Positions 1-11,300 of a stretch of 64,000 nucleotides of DNA are shown piece after piece. The position numbers and the translations under genes were made by a program. The first letter of the stretch is position 1. Each line of letters opens with the position of its first letter. Source of the DNA: a virus (taxonomy: Duplodnaviria; Caudoviricetes); the IMG/VR virus record IMGVR_UViG_3300030330_002422, positions 3,574-67,573 of that record. One strand, 5' to 3'. The notes under the pieces are model-generated. The model saw only the letters and a list, made by a program, of their open reading frames with translations. It was not told the DNA's origin and did not search any database.

Positions 1-3000
1 GTAAATCAACGCCCTTAGCTTGTTTAGAAACCTCATCTTCTGGTAATTGTATTTTAACTTTACCAGCATCAACTCTTTTGTTAAAAGTATCTATATACCT
101 CAATACATCTTTAGTAGTGTTCATGTCTAATAACGTAGAGTTTTCACCGTGAACAAGACCTCTAACTTTGTTTATCATAGATTTAAGCTCGTAAAGAACC
201 GACGTATTTTCGCTTTTTAACATACCAGCACGTTTCATAGTACCAATTAAAGTTAAAAGCTCTGACTGATCAGCTACTTTGTTTTTGTTTACTTTATTTC
301 TATATTGATCTACCCTTCTTCTAAACTGCTTGTACGTTTTTTTATCAATAACACCTTGGTCATACTGATCTTTTACATATCTTTGTAAACCATTAACAAT
401 ACGACTATGTGACTTAACTACTTTACCGTCTTTAACAAGACCTTTCGTCATATCGTACTGGTGCTGTAATTCATGGACAGATGCTTGAGTAGCGTCTGCT
501 CTTTGAACGTCATTACCAAGAAGAATATTAAGTCTTCTGTTATTTTCAAAGGTTAATATATCATCACCAACAAAAGTTGCGCTACCACCAATTTTAGTAG
601 GAACACCTAACGCATTTGTTGTTGTGGTAGCACCTTCTATTATACTTTGTTTTTGTTCTTCAGCTGTTATAACAGTACCATCTTCTAACTTTTTATCTTT
701 TAGTTTACCAGACTTAATAGCCTCATCTAAATACTTTTTAAGTTCAGCTAAATCTTGCTCCGAGTTATCATTGTCAAACTTAACAATTTTACCACCCAAA
801 CCTTTCACAAGTCCGTCATAATATGCTGCTCTACCATAATCTATAGAAGCGTCGACAGCTCTCGTATCTTCAATGTTGTTATCTTTAGCTGTTTTCTGTA
901 GTTTTCTATCGCGCTGTTGTTTTGGCTTAGCTAATATAGCTTCTTTTTCATCGTTCAACTCTTTATACTCATCAAGCAGTTTTTGGCGCTCTCTTTTTAT
1001 AGCGTCGTTATTAGCACTAACAGCACCTAGTTCTTGAGCTTGTCGAAATATCTGTAATCTTTTTCTTTGGTTTTCAAATAAATTTACTATGTCAGCATCT
1101 TCGAGGTTGGTAGCTTCCATAAAGTTAGCAACGTCTGTAACACCAGCTTCGTTTAATATTTCTAAACGTCTTTTCTTTAAAAGATCTGCGTCTTTTTTAC
1201 TCAATCGACCACCGTCAGCGCTAACGTTAAAACCTTCTTTTAATATATAATCAAGTTCTATAAACTCAGCTGTTAATTCTCTAAACTTTTCTCTTTGTTC
1301 TTTTGTTTGTAATGTGCTTCTAAGAGAGTTTCTAACAGCTCTAGACACGTTAGGACCACCTATAGCTAAAGAACTAATAGCAACATTTGCTACAAAGTCA
1401 GGATCTAAACCTTCTATAAGGCTTTTATCGTCTTTTAAAACCATTATGTCCATAAAGTTGTGACCAAGCAGTGTAGCACTTTCTTCGAGAACCTCTGTTC
1501 CCATTGGTTTTAACACGTAGTTTTTAGTACCTTTTATAGCGTTTCTAAAAGAAACCCCTCCTGTTATTTTAGAAGTTTGAAATAAATCATCGATAACACG
1601 CATTGTACCAAGAGTTTCAGCAGCGGTGGCTATACCACCGTATGTTAAACTCATAAAAGCTCTTTCTGTTTGTGTGTAGTTTAAAGCTCTTTTATTTCTT
1701 TCTATTTCTTTTTGTATTTCAAGTCTTTGATCTTCAGACATTTTAAGCCTTATCTTACCATCTTCTGGAATACCAGTTCTAGTTTCTGGTATAGCGTCGT
1801 CTTGTTCTAAAATGTTTTCAAGATACTCTATGGTTTCAGCAGCATTTTTTTGCATTATCTCCATTTCAGAAAGCTTAGCACCGCCTTCTGCTGTAAAAAA
1901 CGTTCCTTGTAAAGCTCTCTTTGCGTATTTTTGTAATGGTTTCGATGTTAATTTCTTAGCAATACCAGCGTATGTTAAGGCCGTACCTACACTAAAACTA
2001 TTGTTACCAACAACTTGCGATAAAAAATCACCCCAGTTTCCTGAATCTACATCAGCAAGCTTTATATCTACAGGTAATTGCGCTTGCTTTTTTTGTTTAA
2101 CACTTTCTGCGTAATCAATATGAGAAACGTAAGATTCTTTTAAATAATCTGATACCACACTTTCTGGACTAACTTGATCAGCTATCAAAGCAGCTCCACC
2201 TTTTACAAAAAGACCCATGTCACCTAGTATAGCGTCTTCAAAAGCAAGACCTATTCTGTAGCCAAAAGAATAACTTTTATCCAACGCTTCTAAAGCCACT
2301 GTCATATTGTTAAATTTTACGGCTTTTTGGTGTTGTATTTTTATTCTGTTTTGTAATTCGTTTGTTTGATTTAAAACTTTTCTTCTTTGTTCTATATCAA
2401 TACTCTCATCGTCTAAATAAGCACTAAGATCATTGTTGGGTATGTTTAAACTTTCAATATATTTTTTATAGTTTTCTATATCGCCGTTTAAAACGTTTCT
2501 ACTGTTTTCTAAGTATTTATACTGAAGCTCTACAGCTTCTTTAGCTATGGCTTTTTTTGTTTCTACTTTTCCTTTTTCAGACAAATCAGTTACATACCCC
2601 ATTTCGCTAACACCACCACTACCTGGCGTCGCATCAACAGCGTACGCTTCTGCTTTTTCTTGAATACTAGCGTAATCATCTAAGAAGTCGCCTGAATAAT
2701 ATTCTTGTACGTCCTCATCTATTTCTATAGCACTAACAAAACCTTTGTCAATTAAATTTTTGTTATTACCCACGTAGTCCTGCGTGTTAAACGTAACAGC
2801 TTCAGGTTTGTGTTTCTTTTCTAATTGATGTATACTAGCTAAAATATTAGTGTATGGGTTTGCACCTTCGCCTTCATAGGCTTTTTCAAGGTTTTTTACT
2901 TCTTGTATATCTATATCTAAATTGTTATCAAGATATTTTTTATATAGATTAAATTTTTCTTCACCCCACGTTTCTAATAAATACTCGTCTCTTCTTTCTT

Positions 3001-3490
3001 GATCTCTACGGTTGATGTCCTCTATAACTGGTTGCATGCTAGTCATACCTAAAGTAGAAGTATTGTCACTAACAAGAGGGTTAAATTCAGGGTGATATGA
3101 TGTTGATCCAGCTGGATATTGATACGGCATGTCTGGTACAGCTTCTTTTTCGTCGTAATTAAAAAACTCGTTCAACACAGTTTTTCTTAATCTAGAGTCT
3201 TTTTCAAAAGTTGTGTTATTGTTTATAGCATTTATGCTACGCTCAATATCTTCTCCGCTTTGTGGATTTTCTATAACAGTTGATTCCGGAGGATCAAACT
3301 CTATCACGGGTAAACCCGAAGAACCACTTTCCGAACCTGACCCCGTAACGTTTGACTCCGCCGTTGGGGTCTCTGTCGAGGAGTCTTCTTGCTTTCCCTG
3401 CTTGTTGTAATTTTCTATTACTAACTTAATGTTTTCTTCTGGCTCACCAGCGTCTATCATTCGCTGTACTATAGTTTGTAAATCACTCAT
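1..3490 (-). CDS. giant virion/ejection protein, N-terminal >=1163 aa (runs off left edge); contains HExxH zincin-like motif
   Basis: Not in the ORF track because it has no stop. ATG at 3490 (MSDLQTIVQRMIDAGEPEENIKLVIENY). The frame was open in every segment I translated, including 1-900, where HELQH is at 475-461. It follows two internal virion protein genes. Confidence 0.8.
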   Translation of the reverse strand, partial: MSDLQTIVQRMIDAGEPEENIKLVIENYNKQGKQEDSSTETPTAESNVTGSGSESGSSGLPVIEFDPPESTVIENPQSGEDIERSINAINNNTTFEKDSRLRKTVLNEFFNYDEKEAVPDMPYQYPAGSTSYHPEFNPLVSDNTSTLGMTSMQPVIEDINRRDQERRDEYLLETWGEEKFNLYKKYLDNNLDIDIQEVKNLEKAYEGEGANPYTNILASIHQLEKKHKPEAVTFNTQDYVGNNKNLIDKGFVSAIEIDEDVQEYYSGDFLDDYASIQEKAEAYAVDATPGSGGVSEMGYVTDLSEKGKVETKKAIAKEAVELQYKYLENSRNVLNGDIENYKKYIESLNIPNNDLSAYLDDESIDIEQRRKVLNQTNELQNRIKIQHQKAVKFNNMTVALEALDKSYSFGYRIGLAFEDAILGDMGLFVKGGAALIADQVSPESVVSDYLKESYVSHIDYAESVKQKKQAQLPVDIKLADVDSGNWGDFLSQVVGNNSFSVGTALTYAGIAKKLTSKPLQKYAKRALQGTFFTAEGGAKLSEMEIMQKNAAETIEYLENILEQDDAIPETRTGIPEDGKIRLKMSEDQRLEIQKEIERNKRALNYTQTERAFMSLTYGGIATAAETLGTMRVIDDLFQTSKITGGVSFRNAIKGTKNYVLKPMGTEVLEESATLLGHNFMDIMVLKDDKSLIEGLDPDFVANVAISSLAIGGPNVSRAVRNSLRSTLQTKEQREKFRELTAEFIELDYILKEGFNVSADGGRLSKKDADLLKKRRLEILNEAGVTDVANFMEATNLEDADIVNLFENQRKRLQIFRQAQELGAVSANNDAIKRERQKLLDEYKELNDEKEAILAKPKQQRDRKLQKTAKDNNIEDTRAVDASIDYGRAAYYDGLVKGLGGKIVKFDNDNSEQDLAELKKYLDEAIKSGKLKDKKLEDGTVITAEEQKQSIIEGATTTTNALGVPTKIGGSATFVGDDILTFENNRRLNILLGNDVQRADATQASVHELQHQYDMTKGLVKDGKVVKSHSRIVNGLQRYVKDQYDQGVIDKKTYKQFRRRVDQYRNKVNKNKVADQSELLTLIGTMKRAGMLKSENTSVLYELKSMINKVRGLVHGENSTLLDMNTTKDVLRYIDTFNKRVDAGKVKIQLPEDEVSKQAKGVDL

Positions 3491-3491
3491 G

Positions 3492-5444
3492 TTATGATCC
3501 GTATTTTTTTATTAAATCTTGTGCTTGTTGTTCAGTACTTGTTGAAGAGGCATTTTTTAATATTAACTCAATCATATCTTCTATAGCTGATGGGTTTTTA
3601 CCTTGTCCAGCTGATATTTTACCTATTTGCTTACCGTCTTTTAAAACAGCTACTTCTTCATCAAAGTCGAATGTTGAATAATCAAAAGATATACCTCTAT
3701 CTCTTAACGCTTTACTTGTGTTTAACTTTTTAGCTAACTCCGCGTCATTCATGTCGCCTAAATCTTCAAAACTTCCAATTTCGCTAAACTCATCTGCTAA
3801 TTCGTTATACAACCTGTCTTCAGCTATATTAGAGTCTTGAGTTTCAGCAAACTTTTGATTAAACCCTATACTGTTAGAAAACTCTTTAAAATCAGAGTGA
3901 TCGTTAAAGTTGAAGCCATTGTATTTGTCCACTCTTGATAAAATATCTAAAAACTGATCTCCAGATATAACCTCTCCAGTTGATTTATTTTTAAAAGTAC
4001 CATCTTTTTGCATGTTGTAACCTTCTATATCTCTACCATTTAAAGAATTTATTATGTCACTTTTAACATTACTCAAAACCTTACCAGGTAGACTTACCTC
4101 TTCACCACCAAAAACGTTTGTACTTTTTTCATTCGCTAAGAACTTAGTTGGTTTACCAGGATTTCTATTTTGAGCAACGTTATATACGTTGTTACCTTTT
4201 TGCCACTCTTCTTTAGCTGGGTTGTTTTTAACCCAATTAGCAAATATAGTTCTTGATTTTATTAAGTCATACTGTGGGTTTTGTTTGTCTGTTATAACGC
4301 CAACAAACTTTTCATAACCAGCAACAAAATCATCTAGCTCAACATCACCATCTTCATCAACATCGTAAACAGTAGGATTACCTTTTTTATCTGTTGCGGC
4401 AAAAGTGTATTTGTCTGATAACAAACTAAACATCTCTGCAGAAGCTACACTTGGTTTGTGAAGCGCGTCAACAAAAGAATCTTTCATATTACCCCATTTA
4501 GCATCCATTAAAGATAACAACGTGTTATCGTCTTGAGCTAAGTTTTCAACACTATTTACTATGTTGTTTTCAACATCTTCCCACTTAGTACCTGATTTAG
4601 CTGTCGAATACAAACTGCTAGTAAACTTACTTACGGTTTCTACGGCTTTAGGATTTTTTATAATAAGCATTCGTTCTATATCATCTTTATTACCTCTTAT
4701 TTCCTGACCGTATTTATTTGTTTTAATAGATCCGTCTGGATTTTGAAAAGAAAACTCTGGAAAACCTTTTTTATCAAACCCGACAACAGCTCTACCTATA
4801 ACCTCTCCGTCTGCGTTTGTAACATCTCCTCCACCACCGGCTAAAACAGTAGCAAACTCTAACATGTCAGGTCCAGACATTTTAAGATCTATCTGCTTGT
4901 TGTTAACCATGTCTTCTATTTGGTCAAAAGCTTTTTCAGCTTGAGCAGTGCCAGCGTATAAATTATCCTCCATACGTTTAGCATATTTTCTAGCTGCTTT
5001 TTTATTTTCAAATGTTATTGTTTTTGAGTTTGTTTCGCTTTCCGGTGCATTTGGGTTGTAATCTGGATTATCAAACGTTAAATCCTCTTTTTCTCCATCA
5101 AGATAAGACATAATACCACTCTCGCCTTTAATGTCTTTTATCCAATTCAGTCTATCAGTAAACGCTTGCGTGTAACCTTCGTTTACGTTAACACCAGCGT
5201 CACGAGCGTTTCTTCTTTCTACTTCTTTTTTTATTAGATTACCACCAACTTTACCAACAACTTCTCCAACTTTTGCCCAACCAGCACCAACCTGTGTCAT
5301 AGCTTTTTCATAGCTATCTGCTATATTATTAAATATACCTGTTAAATCTTTAGGTACACCAGCCATAGCAGCTTTATAAGCACCACCTACCAGTGTGCTG
5401 TCTGCTTTCATTGATGACCTAAAATCTACTAATCCTTTTGCCAT
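3492..5444 (-). CDS. putative internal virion (ejection) protein
   Basis: 650 aa, largely helical, Ala/Gly-rich N-terminus; lies between the pilot-like gene and the giant protein; EF-hand-like DVDEDGDVELDD. Confidence 0.55.
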   Translation of the reverse strand: MAKGLVDFRSSMKADSTLVGGAYKAAMAGVPKDLTGIFNNIADSYEKAMTQVGAGWAKVGEVVGKVGGNLIKKEVERRNARDAGVNVNEGYTQAFTDRLNWIKDIKGESGIMSYLDGEKEDLTFDNPDYNPNAPESETNSKTITFENKKAARKYAKRMEDNLYAGTAQAEKAFDQIEDMVNNKQIDLKMSGPDMLEFATVLAGGGGDVTNADGEVIGRAVVGFDKKGFPEFSFQNPDGSIKTNKYGQEIRGNKDDIERMLIIKNPKAVETVSKFTSSLYSTAKSGTKWEDVENNIVNSVENLAQDDNTLLSLMDAKWGNMKDSFVDALHKPSVASAEMFSLLSDKYTFAATDKKGNPTVYDVDEDGDVELDDFVAGYEKFVGVITDKQNPQYDLIKSRTIFANWVKNNPAKEEWQKGNNVYNVAQNRNPGKPTKFLANEKSTNVFGGEEVSLPGKVLSNVKSDIINSLNGRDIEGYNMQKDGTFKNKSTGEVISGDQFLDILSRVDKYNGFNFNDHSDFKEFSNSIGFNQKFAETQDSNIAEDRLYNELADEFSEIGSFEDLGDMNDAELAKKLNTSKALRDRGISFDYSTFDFDEEVAVLKDGKQIGKISAGQGKNPSAIEDMIELILKNASSTSTEQQAQDLIKKYGS

Positions 5445-5445
5445 A

Positions 5446-6420
5446 TTAACTTAATTTTTTAAATTCAACATCAAGCATTGAGTAATCAACCATCTCATAA
5501 CCTCTAGGATGCATTATAACAGCTTCTCTCGGCACTTCATCTGACATTACACCTTGATGTACTCCTGAGCCGTGTTTAGCGTCTATATACTCAAAGTTAT
5601 AAACAGGTATACCGCTCGGTGAATCAAACATATATTCTATATTTTTCTTTAATTTTCTATCAGAACCGATAGCAGAACCAATACCACCAGCAACACCACC
5701 TATTATTTGGCCCCACATACCCATTCTTGCGTTCATCATTTGAGCACCCATACCTAGTGCACCCATTTGGTTAGCATAAGCTTGTTGAACACCAGCGTTT
5801 GCACCAGCGTAATCACCAGACGACATACCTAATAAAGTAGACTGTCTACCGATCTCAGCACCTTGTAACATTGATAAACCACCACGTTCAGCCATATCAG
5901 CAGAAGCAGCGCCTTGAGCAATAGCTTGTTGTATTGTCATGTCTGTAGATCTTTGTAGTTGATCTATTTGTTGTTGTGCTTGAGCTGACATTAACAAGTT
6001 TTGTCTTTGCTGTTGTGCTAAATCTACGGCAACTTGTCTAGACTGCAAAACACCTTGGTTTGCTAAACTTTGTGCTAAAGCACCAATACCAGAACCACCA
6101 GCTGCACCGGATAAAGCTGACATAATATCAGCTCTCTGTTGAGCACCTTGTTGCATTTGGAAGTCTGCAGCTACAGTACTAACTCCTAGGTCTTCAAATT
6201 GATTTTCCATACCTACATACGCATTTTGTAAATCAGCGTAGTAGTTTTGCATGTTTTCGTACGGATTAAAAAATTCCATAGCTTCGTACTCAGCTTGTCT
6301 AGCCTCATACTTAGCTATCATTTCTCTTTGCAACTCTCTGTTTTCAGCCATTTGTTGAGCTGTAAGATCGTTGGCTTGCTGCATTATTCTGTTTTGTTGT
6401 CGTCTTGCTCGTCCTCCCAT
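5446..6420 (-). CDS. DNA pilot/ejection-like protein with C-terminal Peptidase S74-type chaperone domain
   Basis: Gln/Ala/Gly/Met-rich body, GxxxG tail (IIGGVAGGIGSAIG), then SDRKLKKNI...PVYNFEY...QGVMSDEV...VDYSMLDV typical of S74 autocleavage domains. Confidence 0.65.
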   Translation of the reverse strand: MGGRARRQQNRIMQQANDLTAQQMAENRELQREMIAKYEARQAEYEAMEFFNPYENMQNYYADLQNAYVGMENQFEDLGVSTVAADFQMQQGAQQRADIMSALSGAAGGSGIGALAQSLANQGVLQSRQVAVDLAQQQRQNLLMSAQAQQQIDQLQRSTDMTIQQAIAQGAASADMAERGGLSMLQGAEIGRQSTLLGMSSGDYAGANAGVQQAYANQMGALGMGAQMMNARMGMWGQIIGGVAGGIGSAIGSDRKLKKNIEYMFDSPSGIPVYNFEYIDAKHGSGVHQGVMSDEVPREAVIMHPRGYEMVDYSMLDVEFKKLS

Positions 6421-6421
6421 A

Positions 6422-6841
6422 TTATATGTATTTAAAACCTTCCCAAGAAGGTTGCTTGTCGTCTACCCACCAACCTAAGTCTTTGTGGGCTTTTATTAAT
6501 GTATTATTACTACAAACTGTAAACATAAAACTAGCGCCTTGATCTTTAGCTTTTAGTTCTACGTTTTTAATAAACGTTTCTAGTAATTCTTTTCTATTTT
6601 TAACCTTGTAAAAAGGGTTCGACACTATCCATGTTAAGTAACCCATTGGAGCGTCTTTACCCATAAACAAAAAACCAGCATATATAGGCTCGTTTTTATA
6701 TTCTAATACTAAACAGTTTTCGTTAGAGGGTAGTAAATCTTTTTCTATGCCAGGTTCACCTTTCCACCACCATTCCCACCATTTACAAACCATTCCGTAG
6801 TCTATGTCGTCTTTGAAAGACCTAAATGTTATATCACTCAT
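6422..6841 (-). CDS. GNAT-fold acetyltransferase-like protein
   Basis: 139 aa with GNAT-like pattern (PIYAGFL..., WIVSNP, ELKAKDQGASFMFT, HKDLGW); typical position between tail and ejection genes in podoviruses. Confidence 0.55.
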   Translation of the reverse strand: MSDITFRSFKDDIDYGMVCKWWEWWWKGEPGIEKDLLPSNENCLVLEYKNEPIYAGFLFMGKDAPMGYLTWIVSNPFYKVKNRKELLETFIKNVELKAKDQGASFMFTVCSNNTLIKAHKDLGWWVDDKQPSWEGFKYI

Positions 6842-6887
6842 ATTAAATTATATTGTATTATAGTGTAATAATCACACTTTTTAAGCA

Positions 6888-7241
6888 CTATTTACTAGAT
6901 TCAACTATATCAGATCCAACAGCAAACAGCTCTACCGAGTCAGTAGAGTCAGACTTCATTTCAACCTCAGCGAAATAACCAGTAACACCACTTGCACCAA
7001 CAACACTATTTTTACCAAAAAACAAATAATCATCTGGATCTGGAGTTTCCATATTATTACCAACACTAACTGTTACGTTAAAGTACTCATTATCTTTAGA
7101 TATTGCTATACACTCACCTAGCTTTTTAATGTTACCAGTAGCTTGGCCGTTATCCATTTTAACAAAATAAATAATATCTCCAGTATTTGATTGTAAAGAA
7201 GTGTTTATAGGTTGTTTTAGTTTTAGTATTATATTAGACAT
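6888..7241 (-). CDS. tail-associated structural protein
   Basis: 117 aa; SGVTGYFAEVEMK..STDSVELFAVGSDIVESSK resembles C-termini associated with podoviral tail stabilisation proteins. Confidence 0.45.
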   Translation of the reverse strand: MSNIILKLKQPINTSLQSNTGDIIYFVKMDNGQATGNIKKLGECIAISKDNEYFNVTVSVGNNMETPDPDDYLFFGKNSVVGASGVTGYFAEVEMKSDSTDSVELFAVGSDIVESSK

Positions 7242-7242
7242 G

Positions 7243-8340
7243 TTATGCTGATTTTAATAAGTTGTTTACATCTAAAGCAATATCGGTTCTACCACCCGCA
7301 TCATAACCAGATAATATTTTCATTTTACCAGAGATAACCGCGTATGCTTTTGTAGCGTCACCATCTGTAACTCCATCGTTATCTATTTCCAACAACAAAT
7401 CAAAAAACTCTACAGATGTAGGTTTAATTGTATGTGTTGTGTATGTAGCACTAACACCACTTGTTACAGAAAACAAACTTGCGTCAAACGTAGTAGGTTT
7501 CATAGCAAAGTTAAAAGAAGCCTTGTAAACTACAAATCTAAAAAATTCATAGTTATTATTATTATCGTTATAATCGTTGTAAAAGTTTAATTGAGTAGTA
7601 GATGGCAGCGTGGTACCCAAACCACCATCAGAAAGTGTTAACCTTGTTTTTTGCTCTGGATAATGTTCATAAACTTTGTTAAACGGTGACGTTAGTTCTG
7701 TAAACGATCCTGTTGATGTTTCTGTTAAGTTTAGTTTATACCTTGTTAATATTTCTGTTTTTGGTATTCTAACGTTTTCTTGATATAATCCACTTTCAGG
7801 TATAACTATTGTTTTTGGACCACCTATCAAAGTAACACCATCACCTAAAGGGTTAACCAAAGGGTATGTTGCAAAATCAATTGAACACTCAGCGCTTGGA
7901 TCACCGTATATATTTAACAATCTAGTAGTACCTTGTGAAGGTATTATAGACTCTGAAAAATTAAAATCATATATGTTAGTTATACCAACAGTATAGTTAT
8001 CAACAGCTGTTGCTGTTATCGTTATAACATCGTTAACAAACTCCTGCTCTAAAGGCGCTAGATAATGTATATCAAAAGATACAGCTGTACAATAACCAGT
8101 TGCAGCGTCTTCTGTTTTTGTCAATGTGTATGAATATCTTTCTGGATTTTTTGTTTTAGCAAAACTAATATTTGGTAGGTTAGTAAATATATAGTTATTT
8201 TTTACTGTAAACTTTCTGTTAGTAACTATAGTGTTTCTAGACAGAGGAACCAAACCAGTTAAAGCAACTGAAGAGTTACCCGACTGACCACCGCTGTCGT
8301 TTACATTTGTTAAACTTGTATTTATAAATACTTGTGCCAT
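7243..8340 (-). CDS. putative structural protein (beta-rich)
   Basis: 365 aa, Thr/Ser/Asn-rich, within the tail gene block. Confidence 0.45.
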   Translation of the reverse strand: MAQVFINTSLTNVNDSGGQSGNSSVALTGLVPLSRNTIVTNRKFTVKNNYIFTNLPNISFAKTKNPERYSYTLTKTEDAATGYCTAVSFDIHYLAPLEQEFVNDVITITATAVDNYTVGITNIYDFNFSESIIPSQGTTRLLNIYGDPSAECSIDFATYPLVNPLGDGVTLIGGPKTIVIPESGLYQENVRIPKTEILTRYKLNLTETSTGSFTELTSPFNKVYEHYPEQKTRLTLSDGGLGTTLPSTTQLNFYNDYNDNNNNYEFFRFVVYKASFNFAMKPTTFDASLFSVTSGVSATYTTHTIKPTSVEFFDLLLEIDNDGVTDGDATKAYAVISGKMKILSGYDAGGRTDIALDVNNLLKSA

Positions 8341-8341
8341 T

Positions 8342-11300
8342 TTAATTTATTGCTAAAGTAGTAGAACCATCAACAGTAATAGTTATTGCTTGCTCAGAAC
8401 TAGGGAACAAGTTGTTACTATTGTATTCAACTTTTAATGTTATTTTAATTTTGTTTTCTTTATCTCCTGGAGTACCAGTGTCAGTCGCAGCTACAACAGA
8501 TACTCTATTGTTATCAGACGATGTTACAGTAAAGTTAGAAGCTGCAACAGCATAGTTCAATCCATTTATAGTTTTTGGGTGTATATAAAACTCATGTGTT
8601 ACTTCTTGAGATACACCAACAGTAGTTCCTTCTTCGTAGTTATTTGTTATACTAGAGGTTATGCTTTGAGCTTCTGTCGCTGATGTATTTAATGTAAACT
8701 TAGCATTAATATTGTTTATAACACCACTTATAACTAAAGGATAAAACTTACCGTAACCACCCATTGTTATAGAGCTTAACAAACCTAAACCTTGAGTAGA
8801 CTTGCTGTTCAAACTTATGTTTGTTTCGTCTACCTCGACACCTATTATGTTAGCAAACTTTTTACCCTCCTTGTCTTTAAACTCTACAACTTGACCAGAG
8901 TCCATGTCTGTTTCTATACTTGTTGCTCTCCAACCGTTTGAACCTTCATAACCAAGCGTCTTGAAATCTTTAACTACACTAGGAGCATCGTTAAATAAAA
9001 ACTTAACACTAGACTCGTATTGAACACCATAGAAATTATTTCTAATCTCGTTGTCATTATGTTTCCATATATCACCGTTTTTAAACGTGTAATAAACACC
9101 GTTTAAAGAAACAGCAGACTCTGGCAAGAAAGACTTAAAACTAGTCCAACCTACAGTTGACTCGGCAAAACTTATAGTATCACCTTTATCATCGTAGTTT
9201 TGTTTTTTATTTATAGTTAGGTTATAAAGATCTTTGTCTTGATCGTAACTACCTATTAACGTTTCAGCCTCGTGTAAGTTATCTTTAAAATATCTAGACA
9301 TACCTGCTGCAGATATTTCTGTCAAACCGTCCATAGATAATCTTAATACAGACCCTCTTGCTTTATCTGTAAAATAAGCTCTATAACCAAACGACGCAAA
9401 CGACTCTGGGTTTTTAGATATACCGTAGTCTCCAGAAAAAGGTACAGCTTGACCTAAAACAGCGTTACTAGCAACAACTTGTGGGTTACCATCCGCGTTG
9501 TATAATGCATCTTTGTTAGATAATATTCTTAAAACCTTGTCTTCGCAAAAAGCAACTAAATCAGTGTTTCTACTAAATAATTTTTGTAAAGAACCGTATT
9601 CAGGATTTACATCTTTAGTTATTTTATCAGCCATTATAAACTCATTAAGTTTATTAAAGCCTGTTTTTGAATTGTAAAGACCAGAGTATATTAACCCGTT
9701 TTTTCTATTTTCTTCTTCGTATGGCTCGTCTAACGTTGTAGATACTTTAGGACCTTTATCTATTTTAACAGCGTTAAAGTCATCTCTAAGTCTATCAGAT
9801 TCTACACCATTACCAAAAGTGTAACAATTATGCCATCTAACAGGCCTATCAGATACATCAACGGTATCTCCCATTAGTCTAACAGAAACACTTTTTATAT
9901 GAACTCTTTTATAAGTGCCCTTAATATTTACAAGTTCTGCTACAAATAAGTAACCTGATGAAACTGGATTACCATTAGAGTCTTCGTTTTGACTTTGATC
10001 AAACACAAAAAGTCTAGTGTTTAAACCTTGTTTTAAAGTTTCTGTTTTTAAAGGTCTATAAGAACCATTTTCACTACCTATTAAAAAGTATTTTATAGTG
10101 TGTTCTCCACTTACGGAATCAAAAACATCATTATTTATTTCTTCAACATCAATATCTACTTGGTAAGCCTCACCACTAATAAGAGGTATAGGCCCTGTTC
10201 TTAAAAAAGGATAAGTAGACGTGTTAGTACCCGTCTCTATTATAACTCCGTTACCAGCAGAGTTATCAGCTGTTAAACCACTTGAAAGCTCGTAATCTTG
10301 TAAACCATTTACACCTAGCGTAAACTCGTCGTTATCAATAAGATTATCACCTATAGAGTTAGATATACCAGTTTTTGTTATAAAATCTTCATGATACTCA
10401 ATTATTCCATTAGCATCTTTTTTAGAAACCCTAAGGGTTATACCAGCTGGTAGTTGACCTGAGTTTGGATCCCAAGTGTTATTATCTATGTAGAACTCAC
10501 CAGGTCTATCAACTACAATTTTAGCATTAGCTAAAAGAACTGTTCCACCCGGAGCATAAGGTGTGCCAACGTCTGAAACACCTAAGTAGTTACCACCGCC
10601 GTCATTAATGTTTTCATTGTTTAGAGCCTCAACGCTCATACCTGTTTTTAGTATCATACTAGTGTTAGAGGCTTCGTAATACAGATTAAAATCAGTATTG
10701 TCTATAGGTTCAACCTCAAATATAGCTGGATTGTCAGTGCTATATCCACCGTCTCCACTTGCACCACTACTAATTATTTCTAAAGAAGCATAAGCTAAGT
10801 GGTTGGCTGTGTCAGATTCTAGCTCGTCTAATCTTTTTAAAGGAGTTTGACCCCCACCGTAACTACTAGATGTAGGACTCCAAACTATATCTTTATCTAA
10901 CATCAAAGCTATTCTATAACCTTGATTCGATCTAGAATGCATACCCCACTGCATAGATGACGCTGGGTGATAACTTAAACCATAGTCAGCAACAAACTTA
11001 CCGTTTATCGCCGCTGAATGATCAGCTGTTTGGTATGCTTGCGCCGTGTTCCAATCAACTAAATCACCAAAATTAAGAACTTGTTCAACGTTATGGTAGT
11101 TTTTAACCTTACCAGTTGCAACTACTTTTTTAACAGTGTATATAGTGTTTGTTGGATCGTTGCTCCATCTAAATTTAGTACCAGTAGTAGTAAGAGCTTT
11201 TACAACTTTTATATCGTTAAAAAATTCGCTTGTTAAAGAAAAGTCATCAAAAGTGTTTGCGCCTCTAGCATATAACACGTCACCACTTAACGTTCCGCTT

